NCBI RefSeq assembly: GCF_000143415.4
Contig: NW_003314283.1
Location: forward strand, 1,047,734 to 1,111,733
Source: Selaginella moellendorffii
Lineage: Eukaryota > Plantae > Lycopodiophyta
Length of the DNA: 64,000 nt
Direction: 5' to 3'
Part shown: positions 28,451-38,989 of the stretch, one piece after another
Numbering within the stretch: the first letter of the stretch is position 1
Layout: each line of letters starts with the position of its first letter
The notes under the pieces: generated by a model
What the model saw: the letters and a program-made list of their open reading frames with translations, nothing else
Told to the model about the DNA's origin: nothing
Database searches by the model: none
Position numbers and translations under genes: made by a program

Positions 28451-31399
28451 ATGGCCACGCTACAGGATCTGGGCGTGGCGGCGGCCATCAACATCATCTC
28501 GGCCTTTATCTTCCTCCTCGTCTTCGCGTTCCTCAAGCTCCAGCCGGCCAACGCCAGGGTTTACTATCCCAAATGGTACCTCAAGGGAGTCCGCCAGGGC
28601 AGCTCCAGGAGCGACGAGCGAGGATCTTTGCTCCGGTTCGTGAACTTGAACTACAAATCTTATCTACATTTCTTGGATTGGATGAGGGACGCTCTGCGAA
28701 TGCCGGAAGGGGAGCTCATCGCTCACGCTGGGCTTGATTCCGTTGTCTACCTCAGGATATACCTTCTCGGGTAAAGTTTTCTTCTTTTTTTTTGTTTACA
28801 ATGTGTGCCATTCTTTGGCTGTGTTCTCACGGAACTTTGTTCCCATTTTTTCGTTTTGTGTGCCGTTCCTTTACAGGCTTAAGGTCTTCGTCCCTTTGAT
28901 GTTACTCGGGTTTTTGGTGCTGGTCCCTGTGAACGTGACCGACTCAAACATCCAAACTGGCAAAATTTTCGGTACCGACATCGATAAAATCTCACTCACC
29001 AACATCAGGGAGAAATCCCCAAGGTTTGACATTGTGAAATGTTTCTCTTTCCATGTGTTGAGGTTTGAAACGTTCTTGTTTTTTATCTTGTTTTCTCAAG
29101 GCTGTGGGCGCACGTTGTTATGACATATGTATTTACGGCATGGACGTGTTTTATGCTCTTCACGGAGTATAAGACGGTGGCACGTATGCGTTTCCAATTC
29201 CTTGCCGCCGAAGCCCGCCGCCCTGACCAATTCACTGTCAGTAATGTTTTCTGTTTTGAGATTCCAGGTCTGACTCTACCGTTGTTTGTAGGTACTTGTT
29301 CGGCAAGTGCCTTTGGATCCGGACGAACCCATTAGCACGCATATCGATCATTTCTTCCGCGTGAATCATCCTGACTACTATCTCTGCAATCAGGTGATAA
29401 AATGAAACTCTCCTGCCTTGGTTTTGAAATGCTAACTGTATTGAGTTTTTAAAGGTTATCTATAATGCAAACAAGCTAGCAAAGCTAGTCAAGAAGAGAG
29501 AGGGGCTGCAAAACTGGCTGGACTATTACCAGCTACAGTTCCAAAGAAAAAACACGGAGCGGCCTATGACCAAGGTATGCTCACTGTTTGATATTGAGTT
29601 CTGTTTAAAATAACTTGGTGTAATACAGACTGGCTTATGGGGTCTGTGGGGACAGAAAGTTGATGCAATCCAATACTATACCGACGGTATAAATCAGATC
29701 TCGAAGGAGGTAACTCTTTTACTTGTTATTTACGAACACTTCGAGGTGATTATTATTCTTTGCAGGCTGCAGCAGAGCGTGAACGTGTTCTCAACGACGA
29801 CAGTTCAAAGCTTCCTGTAGCTTTTGTATCTTTCAGGTCAAGATGGGGAGCGGCAGTCTGCGCACAGACACAGCAAACCAGGGATCCCACAGTATGGCTG
29901 ACGGAGTGGGCTCCTGAGCCTCGAGACGTATACTGGCGAAATCTTTCGGTTCCGTATCTACAGCTCACCATGAGAAAGCTGTTCATAACCGGAGCGGTTT
30001 TCCTGCTCATCTTTTTCTACATTATTCCCGTGACATTTGTGCAGTCGTTGGCCAACCTGGAAGGTATTGAGAAGAAGCTAACGTTCCTGAGGCCAATCAT
30101 TGAAGCGTAAGTTCTTGAATCTCATCCGTGGTTTTCGGGAAAAAGACGCTGATCCGTGATTTCCAGGAAGTTCATCAAGTCGTTCCTCCAAGGTTTCCTT
30201 CCCGGTCTGGCACTCAAGCTGTTTCTACACTTCCTTCCAAAGCTTTTGATGTTCATGTCCAAGATAGAAGGCCATCTGGCTTTGTCGCAGCTCGAAGTAT
30301 CTACATCAGCAAAGTACTACTACTTTATGGTCGTCAACGTTTTCTTTGCCAGTGTGATCGCTGGAGCAGCGTTTGAGCAACTTAAAACCTTCTTCCAGCA
30401 GTCTCCAAGCCAGTAAGTCTCTACCAGCGGGTGGCTCGTGACTGACCAGAACTTTGACAACAGGATTCCTGTGATCTTAGCTGGGAGTATCCCGCAAAAA
30501 GCAACATTCTTCATCACATATATCATGGTTGACGGCTGGGCCAGCATTGCAGCAGACATCATGCGTATAAAGCCGCTGATCGTTTATCACTTGAAAAACA
30601 TGTTCCTGGTTAAAACTGACAAAGACCGAGAGAACGCAATGAGTCCAGGGAGTGCAGGCTTTGACACTGTCTTCCCTCAGCTAGAACTCTATTTCTTACT
30701 TGGAACCGTCTATTCTATTATCACACCATTCATTCTCCCGTTTATAATCGTGTACTTGGCATTCGCGTACGTGGTCTATCGACATCAGGTACATTTTCTT
30801 TTACAGATGGTGGTAAAAACGTTTTAACGCTTTCTCGCCTTTTTCTTTCTTTGTTCTTTATATTTGTAGGTGATCAACGTGTACGACCCCGAGTACGAGA
30901 GTGCAGCAGCCTTCTGGCCGCATATCCACAACCGGATCATCGTCTCACTGCTCGTCGAGCAAATTACACTGTTTGGAGTTTTCGCCGGGAAGAGAGCCGC
31001 CGCCTCCACTCCTCTACTTATTGGTCTCCCGATCATGACGATAGTTTTCCACTACTACTGCAAGAATCGCTTCGAGCCGGCGTTCCGAAAGTATCCACTA
31101 GAAGTAAGTGAAAGTTGTTTTGCTCTTCCGCGTATCTAGCAAATCTCATTGTTTCTTTTCTTGCTTTGCAGGAGGCAATGTCGAAGGACATTGTCGACAG
31201 AGCTACACATCCAAACTGGAACATTAAGACATATCTCCAAAACTCATATATGCATCCAGTGTTTAAGGACAGTGAGGAGGAAATGGACGAGGAGGGATTT
31301 GACGCCGAGAGGTCAACGCTGGTTCCCACGAAGAGGAGCTCGCGCTCCAACACCCCAGCTCCCAGCGCCAATGGAGAAGAATCACCGTTTCACGGTTAA
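28451..31399 (+). CDS. OSCA: OSCA/CSC1 (ERD4/TMEM63 family) hyperosmolality-gated channel, OSCA1-like
   Basis: MATLQDLGVAAAINI..LQPANARVYYPKWYLKG, HAGLDSVVYLRIY, WAPEPRDVYW, KATFFITYIMVDGW, YESAAAFWPH. Confidence 0.96.
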
Positions 31400-33211
31400 A
31401 TGTATTTCCCTTCGATTAAGGTGTAATTGTAAACGCTGTGGACAAGAAGTTTTCTCTCTGAAGGATCAAAAGAGTTGATTGTCAATGAATTGTACAATGG
31501 AAGCAAGGTTTCAAGGTGGACAGTGGAGGGCTGCTGCAAGCTTGAGGGGCTTTAGCATCTGTGACTCAAACTCATGTTTGCCTCTCATCCAGGAGCTCTA
31601 CCTCTTAGATTCTCTGTAAGCACCTTTACCAAGGAAAGCTTTTGAGTTGTTGGAAGAGATTTAAATGTGGTTGTGAAAAGTTGGAGATAAATAATATTTT
31701 TATCTAGATTTTGCATTGTTTAAATCTTTTTTGTTTCTATAACTTTTTTCAGTTCAATCCTTTGCAACAGTCTTCTCCTTCTCTTACTCTAGAATAGCAA
31801 TGGTGCCACTGTTTGATGCTATATGATTGCAATTGAATAATCAAACTTAGTTAATGATGTTATTAATGACACATGGTGTAGCTTCTTCTATTCTTACTAT
31901 TAATCCTTACATCTAGCCAGATTTTGAGTTTTGCAATGTTCTTTCTTTAAGTGTTACTTATTTAAAAATTATAAAAATTAAGAGTTAGTGGAAATCCCTT
32001 TTTCTCTCTTTATCTCAAAACACAAAGCATGTAAAAATGGCATATTATAAGCCACTAGCTTCAAACACAACAACCTCATGACAATGTGAAGAAAGGCTAA
32101 AGAATTAATGAGATTTTCATTGATTTCTTTACCTAACATTTTCAAATATAACAACCTCATAATAGTGTGGAGAAAGGTTGAAGAATTAATAAAATCTTCA
32201 TTAACTCTTTCACCAAAAAATCTACTTTAACTACTTTTGATTCCAAATCCTCATGTGTAGATTGAAGTGTCTTCTTAAACATTTTAAAGTGCATATTTAA
32301 ACATATTAACAACTTGTAAGTTTCTAAATTTAATCATAAGAGGTCACCCAACTCAGTAAGCCTAAAGACATTTAACCTCAAATATCCTAATATCCTTAAT
32401 TGATTGGAAAAGAAGATGCACTTTTATTCATGTACCTTTCCCTTTATATTTGAACTTTTATTAATTGTTTCTCAAAGACATTCTGTGGTTTCTTACATGA
32501 TTATGATGTTGCTTTTTACCAATTATATTGTCTTATCAAAATCCATCTAAGTTAATTATGCAATTTAGTATTTACTTTTGAAGCCTTTTTACTTTTTGTG
32601 GAGTTGAATATGTTATCATAGATCAAATTAGATATGTTGTGGCCAACATTTTATCAAAATTTTGTAAGACTTATGTATGCACTTACCCTAACTACCCTTA
32701 ATGACTTTTCAACTAACATAATATTATGAGGTATCACTTAGCTTCACATGTTTTACCTCCACTTTATATGAGAGATCTAGGCTTTCATCGTAGTCCTAAA
32801 AGTTAGTCTTTTGAATAAATTTGAAAACTTATTAAATATAGAATAATGTTAGATCATGAATTGGGATGTAGGAATAACATCATGGTGTTCATGACATTCT
32901 TTACATTTTGTAAATATGCCCTACTAGCAGATTTAGGCATTTACCATAAATAGCATATAGAACCGAAATGGGACTAACACATAAAACATAATTCTATTTT
33001 TTAATTGGGGGAATCATACCATATGTTAAAATTAGTATTTAACAATCCAATTTAGATCTAAAGGGTAGGTAGATTCTATTCATAAGAGTGTGAACTTCTG
33101 AAGAATTGTGATGAATTATAAGTAATCAAAGAGAATGAATATAAAACAATCCATTAGGGTTCAAATGTAATAAAGTCTTCGTGGGTAAACAGAAGGAAGA
33201 ATAGAGGATAC

Positions 33212-33562
33212 ATGGGTGCTGCGAGCACAAAGGTCCAAATCACCAATGGCACTGACTATATTGTTGTTCTTCGTGACAGGTTCAGGATGATCTATGGTGT
33301 GAAGCTGGGAGTTGTCCCCCCAAAAGTTTCTAGAAGTTTGAGGATCAAGCTTCCCTCTCGAACTTACTTTCGAGTTGCTGTCATGGTGGCCCGTGAAAAT
33401 GATGAAATTCCCACTGGTTTGCATCTGGATGTCAGGGACTTGGAGCCCCAGGCAGCGTTCTATATCAGTGAAGAAAACGGCACTTTCTATTTGACAGATG
33501 CCAACGACCATACATTCAAGTCAAGTCGGATGCTGCCAGATGAAAAGCTTGTTGTCAAGTGA
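33212..33562 (+). CDS. Small beta-rich protein of unknown function with N-myristoylation-like start (copy 1)
   Basis: Intact 116-aa ORF MGAASTKVQITNGTD..; near-identical copy at 37135-37485. Confidence 0.55.
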   Translation: MGAASTKVQITNGTDYIVVLRDRFRMIYGVKLGVVPPKVSRSLRIKLPSRTYFRVAVMVARENDEIPTGLHLDVRDLEPQAAFYISEENGTFYLTDANDHTFKSSRMLPDEKLVVK

Positions 33563-33684
33563 TACTTAGTCCAAAAGGGAAGTAGTAACAAAAACTAAAC
33601 AGAGCGAGCGAGCTTTCCAACGCCTCTACATAAGAGTTGCAAATCCATGTATCTTTGCTTGATATGAGTTGAGTTGAGTGGAAA

Positions 33685-34069
33685 TCACTTGACCCGGATA
33701 TAAGTTCGACCATAAGGACGTCTGGAAGTGAAACAAAGACATCGTTTTTAGCTAGGTAGTCTAGAGAAAAAGAGAGACATTTTACCTGTAAGTAGTATTG
33801 TTTTTGCTCCTCGTGATATGGCATTGTCAGGGTGCTCATATCAACACCATACGCCTCGTTTAGCTCTTGAGCAAAGTAGCTCCAATCCGCCAGTGATTTC
33901 TGATACTCTTGATTCTTTTGCTCTACGAGTTTGGTCTTTATGGGAGCAAACCACATACGAGCATGGCTGGGATACCTGAGCAACAAAAAAGATTTTGAGT
34001 GAGCCAGTGTACAATGCTCACGAAAGTCACAAAACAGCCCTGGTATATAGTCGCATCGCATAACACACA

Positions 34070-34109
<40 letters not shown>

Positions 34110-34609
34110 CTCTTCAGCAAAGAGACGAAGAAACACAGACGAGAAGGAAAGAAAAACGCAAGGGAAAAGAAAACAACACTCACCTTTCTCGGGAATGGAA
34201 ACCTCCTCAATCGACCCCTCGATCACTTCCACAATGTGGCCCACTCCATTCGCGCTCGCCAAGCTCCGCGCGTGGCGAGCCATGTTTGTAGCTTCCACCG
34301 CGTACACCTTCTTAGCACCGGCTTGCGCCGACCAAATCGCCAAAATCCCACTCCCAGTCCCCACGTCCAAGACAGTCTGCTCGATCCAAAACCATCCATC
34401 GAAACACTAGAATGCGAAGAGTAAGAAGAGAGATCTCCTACCTTTCCCTGGAAATGGCGCTTGTTCTTAAACACGGCCGAGTGATAGGCATCCATTCTCA
34501 CCCGATCCGACAGCATATCCTTCTGGTGATAGAGATACGAGTAGGTGCAGAAGTAATTCGCGAAATCCACCGCCTTGTCGACGGGCGCGCCGCCTCTCAC
34601 GCTCTCCAT
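33685..34609 (-). pseudogene. PRMT10: Truncated protein arginine methyltransferase 10 (5' half)
   Basis: VDFANYFCTYSYLYHQKDMLSDRVRMDAY, VLDVGTGSGIL, YPSHARMW, TSLWSNLYPGQVI. The exon expected to carry the SEWMGYFLLRE double-E loop is absent, flanking exon phases clash, and the gene ends abruptly at about 33685. Confidence 0.85.
34063..34105. repeat. (CA)n microsatellite
   Basis: About 21 AC units with one AT interruption, in the PRMT10 intron where an exon is missing. Confidence 0.95.
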
Positions 34610-34990
34610 CCTTACCGGCCTGTAAAACCCTAGAAGGCATAGCCAAAAGATCCAAAACCTTAGACCCAGACCGTACAGACACGTCACAATGCCGTACTAA
34701 CACGTCACCATTGAGACTGACACATCTTTATTTTCAAACAAGCTTGAGAGTTTTTTATTATTACCAGTAGCGAATTGAACAGTACATGTCGTGGCTATCA
34801 AAGAAACAGCCACTAATGGACCAATTGCAAAGCGGAAAATGCACAAAACCGCATAGTTTTAGCACATGAAGACATTTGTTACTCCATTCTTCATATAACA
34901 TAGGTAGATCAAGTCGCCCATCTTCTGGGACACACAAATGCTTAGAGCTGAGTATAAAGAAACACGAGATAAGTTATGCATACCTCCAGA

Positions 34991-35287
34991 TTACAGCATC
35001 AGCTTGTTAATCCCAGGTTTGTCTGTGCAGAAGCACAGTGCAGGATAAGTGTAGGCACAGACCTTACACTCCTGGCCCTCTGATGGGCAGGGCTTGGATT
35101 CGGGGCAGCATTGAGAGTTCGGCATGCACTCCACCTCTTTCAGGCTCCTGAAGTATGAGAGAAGAGAAGAAGCTGGCACAAACTTTGTGTTGGGAGCTAT
35201 CTCAATAGCATTGGTGGACTCAAGTGAAGCAAATGCAATTGCAATAGTGAGTGTGAGAATAAAAGCAATCTTTGCTGCCTTCTCCAT
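34991..35287 (-). CDS. Secreted 8-Cys peptide precursor (knottin-like spacing)
   Basis: Signal peptide MEKAAKIAFILTLTIAIAFASLESTNA, pro-region, then CMPNSQCCPESKPCPSEGQECKVCAYTYPALCFC. Confidence 0.72.
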   Translation of the reverse strand: MEKAAKIAFILTLTIAIAFASLESTNAIEIAPNTKFVPASSLLSYFRSLKEVECMPNSQCCPESKPCPSEGQECKVCAYTYPALCFCTDKPGINKLML

Positions 35288-35479
35288 GGGATTTGCTACA
35301 CAAGGACTAAACTGTGCTGCTGCAAAAATAACTACAACCTGAGAGTGGTATGTATATGGTGTGGAGGAAGACATGTATTTATACTATTAGACAGGCCTTG
35401 CATGAATAACGTGGGCTAGGAGACGTGCAATGTGCTTGAGACACGTGCCAAGGCACAGTGGCGGATAAGATACAGTCAT

Positions 35480-36990
35480 ATGCCCACGTGGACTTAGCTG
35501 CTTCAGGGGTATTCCCAGGATGGGCATCTGGCATCGGCAAAAGGGATCGTTGATGCAATGAATGAGAGAACATTGTCTCTTGGAATGAGATGCTTAGAGC
35601 ATATTCCCATCCCCAGAATATAGAATTTTTGGACAGCACACTTAGAGAGATGCCACAGGCGGACTTGGTCTCGTACGTGGACGATTCTGCTCACAGCATA
35701 TGCCAAGGCTGGGAATCTCCATGACCAGATGACCTGGTATCTTGTATCAGGGGTATTGTGTTAAACATGACACACCCTCGCCTGGTTGACGACAAGGAAG
35801 CTGTTGGAATCGATGCCGTATTGCTACGGAGTGACGTGGAATGCCATGCTTGCCATCCTTAACTAACAGTTTTGACAAATCATAATGAATTTGATGCCCA
35901 CCAGAGACACAGCATATGCCCATTCGCGGCATCCAAGGCTCTCCTTTACATTCTCAATTTGGAGGGTGTTAGTCGGGACTAAGTAACATTTATGTGAGCA
36001 TTCTTACAACATTGAGCCACTCCGGCCTGGTTCAATGGAGTTTGATTATTTTGTGTTTTCAGACATGATTTATGTTCTTGGTAGACCTGGACTTGTGAAT
36101 GAACCTTTTTGATAGCATGCTAGGATCAGGGTAAGGTGGCGGTGGCGGCATTCCTGATATCCGAGTCAAGTGATTAGCGACCCGGTTGTAAGAGATCGAT
36201 GTCCAGGACATTGCTGCAGTGAAGTCGCGATTTTCGTTTACTCTTTTCGGAAGCAACAGGCTCTGCTGGCTGGTGTTCACGCTTTCATGATAAAATCCCG
36301 CTCTATCCCTCTCTCTTTCTTTTCGCTAACTCTACTAGTGTGGCTTTGGCCGAATCCAGCAGAGAAGGAAATCGAGTTGACACCAATTGTGGAGCACTCA
36401 TATGCCCGAAATGGACATGAAGCGATGCTAAGAAGCTCTTTGACGCTGCGTCGGTCGAAAGCATTGTGCTGTGGACTTCGCTGCTTCAGGGATATTCCCA
36501 GGATGCACATAGAGCCCCAAGACTCTCCTTTACATTCTCAATTGGAGGGTGTTAGTCGAACAAAAAAGAGCATTCTTACAGAGCGTTAAGCCACTCAGGT
36601 CATTTGAAAGAGGCCTGTCAATACTTTGAATCGATGGAGTTCGATTATTTTGTGGTTTCCAAGGAAGATCACAGTGGTAAAGCTGGACTTGTGAACGAGG
36701 CCAAGGACCTGTTTGATAGCATCGGGGTACGGCGGCATTCCTGATGGTCGAACTTATATCCGAGCCTGTTGTTGTGAAAGAGATCGATTGCTCCAATGCT
36801 GTTAAGTCGCGATTCTCGTTCACTCTTTAGGCTCTGTGGATTTGCCAGCTACTTTTGGTTCTTGCGGATCAGAAAATCTCTCCAGCTCTCTCTTTTCCTC
36901 TTCACTAACTCTATTAGTGTGTCTTTCCAGGGAAACTCGTCGAATCCAGCGGACAAGGAAGTCGAGTTGACAACAACTGGACAAGTAAGA
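35480..36990 (+). pseudogene. Two tandem chimeric relics: PLS-class PPR fragment joined to PRMT10 3' fragment
   Basis: PPR pieces (NIVSWNEMLRAYS, WTILLTAYAKAGNL, SHSGHLKEACQYFESMEFDY, GKAGLVNEAKDLFD) abut PRMT10 pieces (EPVVVKEIDC, VKSRFSFTL, RLCGFA, NPADKEVELTT) at about 36155-36400 and about 36745-36985. Confidence 0.75.
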
Positions 36991-37134
36991 TAGTGTTTGT
37001 ACAGTCCAAGTGACACTGACAACAGGTGCTTCAAAGCGTCTCTTTGATCTACTTCTAGTTTTTATCTCAACAAGTTTTCCTTCTCCAGCCTCCAGTGGTA
37101 ATCGAAGACGGTGATGTTATCCAATAGAGGATAC

Positions 37135-37485
37135 ATGGGTGCTGCGAGCACAAAGGTCCAAATCACCAATGGCACTGACTATATTGTTGTTCTTCGTGAC
37201 AGGTTCAGGATGATCTATGATGTGAAGCTGGGAGTTGTCCCCCCAAAAGTTTCTAGAAGTTTGAGGATCAAGCTTCCCTCTCAAACTTACTTTCGAGTTG
37301 CTGTCATGGTGGCCCGTGAAAATGATGAAATTCCCACTGGTTTGCATCTGGATGTCAGGGACTTGGAGCCCCAGGCAGCGTTCTATATCAGTGAAGAAAA
37401 TGGCACTTTCTATTTGACAGATGCCAACGACAATACATTCAAGTCAAGTCGGATGCTGCCAGATGAAAAGCTTGTTGTCAAGTGA
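37135..37485 (+). CDS. Small beta-rich protein of unknown function with N-myristoylation-like start (copy 2)
   Basis: Lies in a 487-bp direct repeat (33200-33686 vs 37123-37609); differs from copy 1 by G>D, R>Q, H>N and one silent change. Confidence 0.6.
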   Translation: MGAASTKVQITNGTDYIVVLRDRFRMIYDVKLGVVPPKVSRSLRIKLPSQTYFRVAVMVARENDEIPTGLHLDVRDLEPQAAFYISEENGTFYLTDANDNTFKSSRMLPDEKLVVK

Positions 37486-37798
37486 TACTTAGTCCAAAAG
37501 GGAAGTAGTAACAAAAACTAAACAGAGCGAGCGAGCTTTCCAACGCCTCTACATAAGAGCTGCAAATCCATGTATCTTTGCTTGATATGAGTTGAGTTGA
37601 GTGGAAATCCATGTATCTTTGCTTGATTTGAGTGGAAGAACAATTGTATGAGGTAAAATCTTCGATTCATGAACGCCTGTGACTCCTCAAGTATAGTTAA
37701 GATGTTTCCAAATTCCAATCAGGCATTAAATTGAAGCACTCAGATGCAGCTGAACTGAACTCCAGAGCAGCTCAAAAATTGTCAAAATAAAGAACCCA

Positions 37799-37870
37799 AG
37801 CATTTGCCCGGGAATCGAACCCGGGTCTGTACCGTGGCAGGGTACTATTCTACCACAAGACCAGCAGTGC
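37799..37870 (-). tRNA. trnG-GCC: tRNA-Gly(GCC), atypical acceptor stem (possible pseudo-tRNA)
   Basis: Core GTGGTAGAATAGTACCCTGCCACGGTACAGACCCGGGTTCGATTCCCGG matches plant tRNA-Gly(GCC). Acceptor GCACTGC/GCAAATGC has a mismatch and a bulge. Confidence 0.8.
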
Positions 37871-37966
37871 ATTTCATACTTAAGACTATACACACTTGAC
37901 CTAACACGTAATTACATTGCTGACTTGGATATCCACACGGGACAACGTGGCATGCCACGTGTCGCT

Positions 37967-38203
37967 CTAGGCGGTGCCCGAGACCCCGATATCGTCTTCC
38001 TTCTTGGCGTCCGGCTGGCCAAAGACGGGGCCTCCATGCCCGGCGGCCTCGTCCTTGTGCTGCTCGTCCGTGCCCATCTTCACAGGGATGCCATGGGCGT
38101 CTTCCTTGCTATCGACGCGCTCCTGGATCTTGGCGCCCTCCTGGCTCTCGTAGGTGGTGTCGGTGAAAGATCCCGGGGGAAGAGCTCCCTGCGCTCCAGA
38201 CAT
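37967..38203 (-). CDS. Small hydrophilic LEA-like protein (MSGAQGA.P..TTYES..GGPVFG family)
   Basis: 78-aa ORF with motifs recalled from a conserved uncharacterised plant family: MSGAQGALPP, TTYES, SKED, AAGHGGPVFG, DIGVSGT. Confidence 0.8.
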   Translation of the reverse strand: MSGAQGALPPGSFTDTTYESQEGAKIQERVDSKEDAHGIPVKMGTDEQHKDEAAGHGGPVFGQPDAKKEDDIGVSGTA

Positions 38204-38534
38204 CGCTACAAATCCACAAAATCACACCGATCCACACTCCAAAATCCCCTCCAGAGTGATTCTTCTTCCTCCCCTGGATCGGAAAAACAAACCCAAAAGC
38301 GTCGAGAACACGAAGAGCTTACTGATCGATCGATCGGGTCCAAGGCCTCTTCCACTCAGAGAGAGTTTATCCAGATTGGGGATTTATATGCGAGCTCGAT
38401 CGTGTCTCGCGGTGACCAGTGTCCTCCCAGGTGTCGAGAAACCATCCACCGGCAAAGCTATATGGAGAGACTAGAAAAAGAGGGAAAAAATTCCATGGTC
38501 AATTTCCTTGCAGAAACCTTACAAAAAACTCTCT

Positions 38535-38832
38535 CTAGCCCGATCCAACGATGATGTTGTTGATCGGGATGAAGATGAGCTTGACGAAGAATCCGATGAA
38601 TCCCATCACTACGAATCCCGCCGCTGTCCTCAGCGCAACCTTGGTATACTCTGCAAGAGCCCACGAATCGATCAATCCAATCAGAGATCTAGATCTATAA
38701 ACCCTAATTCTCGCGAGAGAGAGCGAGATCTCTCTTACCTTTGCGATCCGGCTTGTGGCAGCGCTTGACGAGCCGCAGGCTGTCCTTGGCGAATTCCTTC
38801 ATCGGCCGCACGACCACATCCACAGCCTCCAT
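38535..38832 (-). CDS. SEC61G: Protein transport protein Sec61 gamma subunit
   Basis: Two exons: [31 protein letters not shown]|[38 protein letters not shown]. Confidence 0.97.
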
Positions 38833-38989
38833 GTCTTCCTTTTCTCTTAGAACCCTAATTCTCCCCCTGGGCCCTCAAATAGCGCCACAGTTAAAAGAAC
38901 CCGTTTAAAAGGCCGATGTTGACCATTAGCCTTTTGGTTGATTTTTGTTGACTTACCATTCTTCGTTGACTTTAGTTGGCTATGGATGC

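Noticed and set aside
31480-31680. Possible PPR-like remnant after OSCA
   Set aside because: Only a few residues (KAFELLEE) among stops; not supportable.
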